From positions 1 to 30,415 of the IMG/VR virus record IMGVR_UViG_3300012667_000616: a stretch of DNA of 30,415 bases; one strand, 5' to 3'. Positions 1-7,557 of the stretch are shown here, piece after piece; within the stretch, counting starts at the first letter, position 1, and the number at the start of each line of letters is the position of its first letter. The position numbers and the translations under genes are program-made. This DNA is from a virus (lineage: Duplodnaviria > Caudoviricetes). The notes beneath the pieces are model-generated. The model did not search any database and was not told the origin of the DNA. It saw only the letters and a list, made by a program, of their open reading frames with translations.

Positions 1-56
1 GGCCCGGCTCAAACCGTCGAGGCGTGGCCATGGGAGCAACCATAACACCACCAACC

Positions 57-365
57 ATGACACCGCGCGAACTAGACCTAGCCAAGCGTGCCGCATCGCG
101 ATTCATCGCCCCGGTAATCGAGAAGCCGAAGCGCAAGAGCGCCAAACTGCCGGGATTCAACCTAGCCGAACTCCAAGCGTTATTCGCCGCAGCTAATGAC
201 GACTACGAAACGCGCAAAAATTCCGGCGGGACGCTGGCAGGAATCGAACGCCAATTCGGGCTGAATCCCCACTCGCTCAAAAGCTGGCGCTCCCGCCGCA
301 TGATCGCCGGGGACAAGGAGATCAAGCGCATCTACGTAAACCGACCACTGAAAGTAAAAGCATGA
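57..365 (+). CDS. Small basic hypothetical protein, possible HTH DNA-binding protein
   Basis: ORF; ATG at 57 follows an A/C-rich leader; segment TLAGIERQFGLNPHSLKSW resembles an HTH; ATGA overlap with the next gene. Confidence 0.6.
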   Translation: MTPRELDLAKRAASRFIAPVIEKPKRKSAKLPGFNLAELQALFAAANDDYETRKNSGGTLAGIERQFGLNPHSLKSWRSRRMIAGDKEIKRIYVNRPLKVKA

Positions 366-802
366 GCGATAACGACACCGAATGCGAGCTAGCAGCGTGG
401 GAGTTGTTGCAATCGACGCGACGCGAGCTTGCCGATGCCAACGCCGAAAACCTTGAGCAGTCCCGACTCCTAGGCATGAGCGCCGAGCGCGAAGCGGACT
501 TACGCGGGGGGCTGGAACGCGAGAAGCGGAGAGCGGATGGGCTTAGGTATGAGATTACCGCCGCCCGCGATGAACGCGACCACTACCTCGGCGAATGCAA
601 CCGCCTCAACTACGAGCTGAGAGCCGAGCGCAAGGCATCGTTCCGCGAGGAACGCGACCGGCTGGCGCAAGCCATCGACGCCGCAACGGTCCTGATCGCA
701 GCGAAAGGCAGGCACAACACGTTTCTCGCTTACGAGGGGCTTCGCGAGGCGCTGGCTGCCGTGAAGGATTCTAGGAACACCCCTGACCAGCCGCCGCGCT
801 AG
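362..802 (+). CDS. Coiled-coil hypothetical phage protein
   Basis: 146-aa E/R/L-rich heptad pattern; ATGA coupling; TAG stop lies inside an attC-like hairpin. Confidence 0.7.
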   Translation: MSDNDTECELAAWELLQSTRRELADANAENLEQSRLLGMSAEREADLRGGLEREKRRADGLRYEITAARDERDHYLGECNRLNYELRAERKASFREERDRLAQAIDAATVLIAAKGRHNTFLAYEGLREALAAVKDSRNTPDQPPR

Positions 803-827
803 CGGTCGGATGCGTCGCACGTTCACC
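772..827 (-). mobile_element. Short attC-like site (inverted relative to genes), slightly degenerate
   Basis: TAGGAAC-6 nt-GACCAGC...GATG(C)GTC-4 nt-GTTCACC; imperfect palindrome with an extra C three bp into the arm; inner stem CCGC-GCTA-GCGG. Confidence 0.55.
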
Positions 828-850
828 TGAAAATATTTTCTCGAATCCCA

Positions 851-902
851 CGAATTTTCTTGAGCACCGCGCCGGATGCGGTAGGTTGAGCGCGTAACCA
901 AC
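851..902 (+). promoter_or_regulatory. Early-type promoter
   Basis: CGAATTTTCT, -35 TTGAGC (860), 16 nt, -10 TAGGTT (882), then AGCGCGTAACCAAC, which is repeated at 1249. Confidence 0.6.
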
Positions 903-916
903 ACCAACCGCCACCC

Positions 917-1135
917 ATGAAGCTCCAAAACACCGTTGCCGCAGTCGCTCAATCTCGCTCCAAGTTCGTCACCATGCACGCGGTCGGAAAGTCCGTTAAT
1001 TCCGGTAATGAGATTTATGGCACAGTGGTCGACGTTCGACTCGGAATCAGCGGAACCGTTTTCATCGACATCAGCCGACACGGACACGTTTACGTCTGTG
1101 ATTCCGAAACGGTTGAGTTGATGGGAAATCCTTGA
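917..1135 (+). CDS. Small hypothetical early protein
   Basis: 72-aa ORF bracketed by its own promoter and terminator. Confidence 0.7.
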   Translation: MKLQNTVAAVAQSRSKFVTMHAVGKSVNSGNEIYGTVVDVRLGISGTVFIDISRHGHVYVCDSETVELMGNP

Positions 1136-1160
1136 TTCTGGCATCTAATGAAAATCACCG

Positions 1161-1191
1161 GCCCGCCTTTCGTAAGATCGGCGGGCTTTTT
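1161..1191 (+). terminator. Rho-independent terminator
   Basis: GCCCGCC/GGCGGGC stem followed by TTTTT. Confidence 0.8.
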
Positions 1192-1210
1192 CGTGCCCTG
1201 AAAAAACTTC

Positions 1211-1262
1211 CGATTTTTCTGGACCTGCCCCCAAAATCCGCCATCCTCAGCGCGTAACCAAC
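1211..1262 (+). promoter_or_regulatory. Early-type promoter (second copy)
   Basis: CGATTTTTCT, TGGACC-16 nt-CATCCT, and the identical 14-mer AGCGCGTAACCAAC (1249-1262). Confidence 0.5.
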
Positions 1263-1272
1263 GACGCACGCA

Positions 1273-1710
1273 ATGAACGCAACGACCACCGCAAACACTC
1301 CTCCCGCAGTATTTACAGTCGGCCAAAAGCTATCCGACCGCTCCGCCTGCGATTGGGATTGCGTTTTTCGCGCAATCGTCATCAAGCGCACTGCGAAGCG
1401 CGTTACCCTTGACCTCGGCCGCGGCGAAGCCAAGACAGTCGGAATCTTCATTGACCATCACGGGAATGAGGCATGTTACCCATTCGGACGATATTCCATG
1501 GCGTCGATTTTTTCGGCTGGTGACAAATACATTGAAGAGACCACGCCCGTCGATGAGACTCAAAGCGGAATTGAAGAGGAATTGGCGATGATTAAAGCCG
1601 CAAGTTTCATCCTTGGCGTTGAAATTGAAGAAGTTATTGATGGCGGCGAAACGCTTCCGGGCAACATCGTTTATCACAATTTCCGCCAACCCGCCCCGCC
1701 CGCCCCGTAA
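1273..1710 (+). CDS. Hypothetical early protein (SH3-like beta N-terminus, acidic C-terminus)
   Basis: 145-aa ORF between promoter and terminator; the fold guess comes from the FTVGQK...VIKRTAKRVTL pattern only. Confidence 0.7.
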   Translation: MNATTTANTPPAVFTVGQKLSDRSACDWDCVFRAIVIKRTAKRVTLDLGRGEAKTVGIFIDHHGNEACYPFGRYSMASIFSAGDKYIEETTPVDETQSGIEEELAMIKAASFILGVEIEEVIDGGETLPGNIVYHNFRQPAPPAP

Positions 1711-1729
1711 AAAGGGCGGGCTTTCTCTT
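1698..1729 (+). terminator. Rho-independent terminator
   Basis: GCCCGCCC/GGGCGGGC stem followed by TTTCTCTT. Confidence 0.7.
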
Positions 1730-1743
1730 CCAGAAACTTCCGC

Positions 1744-1878
1744 TTGACGAAATCGAGCCTTTCAGCTTAATTCGCGTCGTTCCCGATTTGCGGTCGGAAT
1801 CCACCACCTGAAGCTTTGGCAGCAATGCCTTAAGTCCGCTCCCTTCCGACCGCAATCTTTCGGGGAGCGGGCTTTTTC
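1744..1878 (+). promoter_or_regulatory. Promoter plus attenuator-like leader
   Basis: TTGACG-17 nt-TTAATT; terminator stem AAGTCCGCTCCC/GGGAGCGGGCTT plus T-tract; its loop TTCCGACCGCAA (1844-1855) is the exact complement of TTGCGGTCGGAA (1788-1799). Confidence 0.65.
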
Positions 1879-1889
1879 GTTCCAGCGTA

Positions 1890-2215
1890 AACCCGTGACA
1901 TATTCAGGTAGTCCACCGGTAACACTCCCTCCGGCTGCCTCTGGAAATCAGGGTTTCCCGTCGTGCTATTTGTCCGGGCGGGAGTAATCAGTCGGCTCGC
2001 AAGAGCGGCAAGCCTTGGAGATGCCAACCGGTCCTAACGCGACAGCCCCGCCGGAATGCTCCAAGGAGCGGGAAACCGCTGTCTGAAAGCGATGGATGGC
2101 TCCATGCGTGGGAGGGCTTGCTCCCTGTAACGGGGACAATGTCTTCACTCAGGATTCACCTTCGCAGGAAGGCTTTGATTCCAACCGCAAGCAATTGAGC
2201 GTCAACGATGACAAA
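1890..2215 (+). ncRNA. Candidate large structured ncRNA of unknown class
   Basis: No credible ORF; many nested stems with GCAA, GAAA and GCAG loops (see findings). Confidence 0.5.
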
Positions 2216-2462
2216 ATCGGTGCTTGACAGACCCCCAAATTTCCCCCTTGTCTATCCCCCTGCTTCGCCTGCCGCTAGTCTCGCCACTGGCAACCAGCGC
2301 TTCAGTAAACCCCAAGGAAATCTTTCCCGCTCAGCAGATAGCCAGTGCGGCCCAACTCTCTCGACGGTCGCCAAGCGTGCGCAAGCTTCGCCACTCGGAT
2401 AGCCGCTAGAACGGCATCACCGCCAGCCTTCTGCCGAGAGTGCGAGATTGATTAACCCCACA

Positions 2463-2975
2463 CTATTGAGACCAGTCTCAACAAGCGTCCACAAGCTGGG
2501 AAATCCCGATAGCATCACCACATCACGATTTGACGATACGTTGCCACCATTGGCGCTAGGATGCCGCCAGATTGACGATTGATGGCAAGGCCGACCAGCC
2601 ACGGCAACCGGCAACCGTCAACCGTCAAGGCAAGGGGAATGGGCGGGAATGAGGTGGGGTAACCGGTTCCGTGGTCCGACGGAGTGCCACGCGACGCGCA
2701 CGCGAGGGCCACTGACACCAGCCATTCCCCCGTCAAACATGACCGATGGTGACAAATGGCGATACAATGACGCCAAATGACCGTGGTGTTCTCAATAGCG
2801 ATTACAACTCGTTGGTAATCATTGGAGCATTCTCAATAGCCACCACGCTTTATGCTTATTGTCACAAGTTTACCAAGTTGAGCAACTCACTAAGGATTGG
2901 AGCATGGGGGGGAGGGGGTCGCAATTAAGGCCGGCGTTTTCCCCGGGACCCGTCCACCTGCCATTTAAAAAAATC
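2463..2975. repeat. Repeat-rich non-coding region, candidate packaging/terminus or origin region
   Basis: TTGAGAC-CA-GTCTCAA palindrome (2466-2481), 4x CG(G/T)CAA(C/G) (2602-2629), 2x TTCTCAATAGC (2789, 2830), 2x ATTGGAGCAT (2821, 2896), G7AG5 (2906-2918), downstream A-tract. Confidence 0.55.
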
Positions 2976-3015
2976 GCCAAAGGGGCGGCCTTGATTGCCG
3001 GCGCTGACTTTGCCG

Positions 3016-3050
3016 TTGACATTGAGGGGTTAGCCGTGTAATCACGGGGC
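3016..3050 (+). promoter_or_regulatory. Promoter for a probable leaderless late transcript
   Basis: TTGACA-17 nt-TAATCA, with ATG 6 nt downstream. Confidence 0.5.
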
Positions 3051-3320
3051 ATGACGCGGGACGTTTACAATCAATCGGGTTTGAGTGGCGCGAGCTACGT
3101 TGGCACTGGTCAAGCTTTTGCGGGCGAGGGTGGCCCGATTCATGTGCTGGTAAACACCGTGATTGCGTCGGCTACAGCGCCGGGCGGGGTTGCGGTTGCG
3201 TCTCTTGCTGGTCCAACGATTGTTGCGGGGTCTATTATTCCGGGTAAGTTTACCGCCGTTGCGCTTACGTCGGGACTAATTGCTATTCCCAACTTGAAGA
3301 GCGGGAACACCGTTGCCTAA
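3051..3320 (+). CDS. Small putative virion protein
   Basis: 89 aa, G/A/S/T/V-rich beta-type composition; TAATG coupling to the next gene. Confidence 0.7.
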   Translation: MTRDVYNQSGLSGASYVGTGQAFAGEGGPIHVLVNTVIASATAPGGVAVASLAGPTIVAGSIIPGKFTAVALTSGLIAIPNLKSGNTVA

Positions 3321-5533
3321 TGAGTAGGTGGAGTGATTCGCTGGACGATGCGGTTGCCGATGACGGTGATCGTGCGTTTCTTGGCATTCAGGCGAGGCTT
3401 GAGGCTGACCAGTTGAATCCGGGGCAGGTTTCCATTTCGGAGAATGGCCGAATGGATCGCGGCAGTTGGCAGACACGGCGGGCCATTGAGACGGTAAGCG
3501 GGGCGCTTGAGGTGTCGGGGAACCCCGTGACATTGCCATTTACGATTGAGGATGACTCGCTTGAACCGCTGGCAATATTTCTGGATGACACTGCCGTTTC
3601 GACGATTCTTGGAAGCTGCTTGTTTTCTGATCCGTCGCAGGAGTCGGCGGAATCCGTGGTGATTGCGGCAAATGGAAAAGCTTTTGCGGTTGATGTGGCG
3701 AGCGGGGTTTCGTCCGATATTGAATACCCGACCGGAGAAACACTTTCCGGGGACGTTGACTTGATCCAAGCGTTTGACCGTGTGACGCTATTTCGCAGGG
3801 GGTCGCAAGCGTGGGAGTGGTATGGCACGCAAGGGCGGGCGGTAACATCGGCGGTCTTGGCGTCGAACGTGGTGACGGTGAACTTGAAGGACCACGGATT
3901 AACGGTTGGTGATTCCATTGTCCTGTCCGGTATTGGCTATGCGACCACAAATCCGAATGGAACTCGGGTTGTAACCGGGCTTGGCACGGCGGACACGTTT
4001 ACTTTTGCGCTGACGGGAGCGAATGAGACCTTTACGGCTGGCACAGGAGTAGCGGTGACGGGGTTTACAAAAGTAAGGGCTGGCACGCTTACTCAGCCGC
4101 AGGTTTTTGAGGTTGATTCGTCTGATGCTGATGTAAGCGGGGGGCTTGCTAGTTTTGCGGTATCGGCAAACACGACAATTGCGGCAGGTGACACGATTCG
4201 CGTTTACGACGCGACCGATGAACACTTTACTAGCTTCATTGGCAAGAAATTCACTGTCACAAGTGCGACCGCTTCGCTGATTCAGTTTTATATTCCAACC
4301 GGAGACCACGACGGAAGCGGGCATTCAGATTTCGTTTCCATAGGAAAAGAAGTTTCAATCGGCGCAGGGTTTATGAACATGCCCGCGCCGCCGTGGGGGG
4401 TGTATCACCAGCGCCGTATGTGGGTGCCTTTCTGGTATGGTCAAACCGGGACAACGGCCAGCCCGGTGTTTACAGATCGAAAGATTCGGGATGAAATCGC
4501 GGTTTCTGACATCCTCGACAACCTGACGTATGACCAAATAGCAAACCAGTTTCGAGTTACCGCTGGCATTGCCGACTTTACGGTTGCAATGCAGCCCTTT
4601 TACGAGGATGGGATGATTGTTTTCAATCGGAACTCAATGCATTTGATTTCCGGCGTGTCTGGCGGGTTGTCGGATACCACCGTGAATGAGCTTACCCGCG
4701 AAATTGGGTGCCTTGCGCGGAAGTCGATTGCGCAGCGAGGGCCGGAAATTCTATTTTTGAGCGATAATGGGGTATATTCGGTTAGCTTTCTTGACCAATA
4801 CAACCTGCGGGGCGTAGATTTGCCGCTATCTGACGCGATTCAGCCGACAATTGACCGGATAAACCGTTCGTTGGCGTCAAATGCGGTCGGGGCTTACTTT
4901 GATAACCGCTATTTCCTTTCCGTGCCGCTGGATTCCACGCCGGGAGAAGGTGACGCAACGGGAAACAACTCGATTTTGATTTACAATTTCCTGAACAAGT
5001 CGTGGGAAAGCGTTGATTCGGTAAATGACAGTCGGTGGAATGTCCTAAATTTCCATATTGCAAGGAGTGGCGACCGAAACGACCTTTATGCCGTGAACGA
5101 CTTGGGAGGACTTCACCGGATTGACTCTTCGGATTCTGATTCCGATGTTTTGAGTATTGTGCCGGGCGAGTCATCGACGGGCGTTCCGATTCGATCCAAA
5201 ATCGTAACGCGTCGATACACCATGGGCGACTTGGGGCGCAAGAGATTTTCAGAGTTGCAATTGCAGATCGAAAGTAGTAATTCAATGGCGACCGATGGAA
5301 CAATTTCAATCCAGACTGAAGACCCTGACGAGGGGAGCGCCGTGACCGCAATTTCCGATTCATTAGGGCAGCTTCTTGAACCCGGTGAAAGTGCCAGCCT
5401 TCGGTCTCGCGTTGGCGGGTTGAGGGGACACGGCGCAACTATTGAATTTGCGCCGTCATCAGGCAGGCCGAAGCTTAGAAGTGTGAGGGTTTCCGTTACC
5501 GCGATTAACCGCGCAACCGTTGACCAAAAATAA
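3320..5533 (+). CDS. Tail nozzle / tail tubular B / DNA-stabilisation protein (P22 gp10 / T7 gp12-like)
   Basis: 737 aa; beta-propeller-type motifs (EIGCLARKSI, ILFLSDNGVY, LSDAIQPTIDRIN, YFDNRYFL); position before the ejection genes. Confidence 0.75.
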   Translation: MSRWSDSLDDAVADDGDRAFLGIQARLEADQLNPGQVSISENGRMDRGSWQTRRAIETVSGALEVSGNPVTLPFTIEDDSLEPLAIFLDDTAVSTILGSCLFSDPSQESAESVVIAANGKAFAVDVASGVSSDIEYPTGETLSGDVDLIQAFDRVTLFRRGSQAWEWYGTQGRAVTSAVLASNVVTVNLKDHGLTVGDSIVLSGIGYATTNPNGTRVVTGLGTADTFTFALTGANETFTAGTGVAVTGFTKVRAGTLTQPQVFEVDSSDADVSGGLASFAVSANTTIAAGDTIRVYDATDEHFTSFIGKKFTVTSATASLIQFYIPTGDHDGSGHSDFVSIGKEVSIGAGFMNMPAPPWGVYHQRRMWVPFWYGQTGTTASPVFTDRKIRDEIAVSDILDNLTYDQIANQFRVTAGIADFTVAMQPFYEDGMIVFNRNSMHLISGVSGGLSDTTVNELTREIGCLARKSIAQRGPEILFLSDNGVYSVSFLDQYNLRGVDLPLSDAIQPTIDRINRSLASNAVGAYFDNRYFLSVPLDSTPGEGDATGNNSILIYNFLNKSWESVDSVNDSRWNVLNFHIARSGDRNDLYAVNDLGGLHRIDSSDSDSDVLSIVPGESSTGVPIRSKIVTRRYTMGDLGRKRFSELQLQIESSNSMATDGTISIQTEDPDEGSAVTAISDSLGQLLEPGESASLRSRVGGLRGHGATIEFAPSSGRPKLRSVRVSVTAINRATVDQK

Positions 5534-5535
5534 TC

Positions 5536-6216
5536 ATGGCAAAATTTGAAACATCGCAAATTTGGGCGGATGGCGACCAAGTGACATCAACCAAGCTCAA
5601 CCTCGTGATTTCGGGGTTGTCGGCAGGCGCGGACTTGGCGGCGGACGGAACAATTACCGTTTCAAGTGGAGCCATCCGAGTTGGAACCATTACGGCGGGA
5701 AATTACGGCGCGCTTTCCATTCCGACCGCTGCTTATCAGGCTGCTAGCATCACTTCCGCCAAGCTCGCATCCGAAGCAGTGGAAACGGCAAACATCAAAC
5801 TTTTGAACGTGACCGGCGCAACCATTGCGGAGGCCACGATTCCTTGGACCAAGACGCTTGCCGCTGACAGGGCGGTTGCGGCGGACATGCAAGCTGAATC
5901 CGCGGCTCATTTCGTGTCGCCGGACGTTCTGAAGCACCATCCCGGAGTATCGAAGGCCGGTGGCGTTTTGAACATGGCCAGCGGGTCTATTGCCGGCGCT
6001 CATGGGGTTTCATCTAGCGCGAGCGGTTCGTCAACATCGCGAACCGTAACGCTTTCAGCAACAATGGAAAACACCAATTACCGGGTTTTGATTACGCCGG
6101 GCGACACCGGAACCATCGCCAATGCCCCGGTAATTACAGCAAAAACCACTTCGTCCTTTACAATTGCGTCTGGATCAAACACTATTGATTTTTCGGTATT
6201 CGGACAACTTGCATGA
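5536..6216 (+). CDS. Short tail fibre / needle-like structural protein
   Basis: N-terminal GDQVTSTKLN anchor-like motif, ITSAKLA-type repeats, beta-rich C-terminal domain. Confidence 0.65.
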   Translation: MAKFETSQIWADGDQVTSTKLNLVISGLSAGADLAADGTITVSSGAIRVGTITAGNYGALSIPTAAYQAASITSAKLASEAVETANIKLLNVTGATIAEATIPWTKTLAADRAVAADMQAESAAHFVSPDVLKHHPGVSKAGGVLNMASGSIAGAHGVSSSASGSSTSRTVTLSATMENTNYRVLITPGDTGTIANAPVITAKTTSSFTIASGSNTIDFSVFGQLA

Positions 6217-6680
6217 GCGAAGAGTTAGCAGACCCCGACGTTATCGACCACGTGGAGGCCGATCTAATCGCCGAAATTATGGCGGGCGGAAAGATTTTGA
6301 ATGCGCCAGTCCGCGAATACCGCGTTCCCGGCTTGTATGTCCGAGAGACTTTTCTTGAAAAAGGCGCAAAGCTCACAAGCATGATCCACCTTACCGAGCA
6401 TGTTTTCACCATTAGTAAAGGATCGGTTGCGGTAATATCAGAAAACGAGGGGACGTTGATTTATTCCGCCCCCCACACCGGAATCACCAAGCCGCACACC
6501 CGCCGCTTACTTTGTCCGATTGAAGACACGATTTGGACTACATACCATCCCGCTAGCGACGGAGAGACGACCGAGCAAATCGCAGAACGTATTCTTGACA
6601 GTAGAAAAAACCCACTTTTGCCGCCGGATCACCCGCTAATCGGGCAATGGCGGCGAGAACTTAACAAAATCGAATCATGA
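6213..6680 (+). CDS. Cupin-like (RmlC fold) phage protein
   Basis: GLYVRETFL...IHLTEHVFTISKG...WTTYH; ATGA coupling at both ends. Confidence 0.65.
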   Translation: MSEELADPDVIDHVEADLIAEIMAGGKILNAPVREYRVPGLYVRETFLEKGAKLTSMIHLTEHVFTISKGSVAVISENEGTLIYSAPHTGITKPHTRRLLCPIEDTIWTTYHPASDGETTEQIAERILDSRKNPLLPPDHPLIGQWRRELNKIES

Positions 6681-7555
6681 GCTGGGTAGCACTTGGAGTC
6701 GCAGCAGTTGGAGCAGCCGGAACGGCTTATAGCGCATCTCAAGCCGGCGAGGGCGCGCCCGCACAAGTACAAGCCAACCCCGGAAAGTCCCTCTTGCAAT
6801 ACCTCAAGGGGCTTGACCGCGGGCTGCCGCAGCTTCAGCAGATGGAGGCGACATACCGCCCCCAATTCGGTCAATTGAACATTGCCGACCAACAGCAATA
6901 CCTTAACGCGTTGCTCGGCATGGGCGGGCAAGCCGGGACTGAAGCGCAAGGACAGCTTCAACAGCAGCGCGCCGCCGAATACCAAAACATGATCGGCAAC
7001 ACGGGTGCCGTCATGGGATTGCTTGGCGGAATTGACCCTAATAGCCAAATGCTGACCCAGCGCGCAAGCCAGATGGCGGGACAGCGTTTTGATGCGGCGC
7101 AAGGCTTGAATTTTCAAGAGCAACGGGGGGCAACCCAAACCGCACGCGAGGCTTTTGCGTCACGGGGTAGGCTAAACGATACGTCCAGCGTTGCCGCCGA
7201 GGTTCTCGGGCGCGAAGAAGTCTTGCAAAACAAGCGAGCGGAGGCGATGGGAATGGGTCAGCAGGCAATGGGAATGTCGCAAGCCTTCACCTCCCCGGCG
7301 CTTGGAATCCTAATGGGCGCACCGGCAAGCACGGCGCTTGGACAGGATTACGTTTCGCGATCCATGGGAATCATCGGGCAGAATCAACCGCAATTTATTA
7401 ACCCGGATGCCGGAATCAACATGGGCCAACAGAACGCGGCGAACATGAACGCTTACATGCAGGCGCAATCGGCGGCGAAGCAGAATTCAGCGGCGATGTA
7501 TGGGAAAATGGGAAGCTCGCTCATCGATCTAGCCGGAACCATTTATAAAGGATAA
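6677..7555 (+). CDS. Internal virion / ejection (pilot-like) protein
   Basis: Hydrophobic G/A N-terminus MSWVALGVAAVGAAG; Q/A/G/M-rich helical body. Confidence 0.7.
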   Translation: MSWVALGVAAVGAAGTAYSASQAGEGAPAQVQANPGKSLLQYLKGLDRGLPQLQQMEATYRPQFGQLNIADQQQYLNALLGMGGQAGTEAQGQLQQQRAAEYQNMIGNTGAVMGLLGGIDPNSQMLTQRASQMAGQRFDAAQGLNFQEQRGATQTAREAFASRGRLNDTSSVAAEVLGREEVLQNKRAEAMGMGQQAMGMSQAFTSPALGILMGAPASTALGQDYVSRSMGIIGQNQPQFINPDAGINMGQQNAANMNAYMQAQSAAKQNSAAMYGKMGSSLIDLAGTIYKG

Positions 7556-7557
7556 AG

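Noticed and set aside
1890-2215. Group I/II intron or RNase P/tmRNA identity for the structured region
   Set aside because: No interrupted gene, and I could not find the P7 core, domain V or other diagnostic motifs by eye; an Rfam search is still needed
2602-2905. Short repeats as a CRISPR or mini-array
   Set aside because: Repeats are only 7-11 bp with no regular repeat-spacer period
1830-3052. Several 60-73-aa ORFs in the long intergenic region
   Set aside because: Overlapping on both strands, no coupling or protein-like composition; better explained as non-coding
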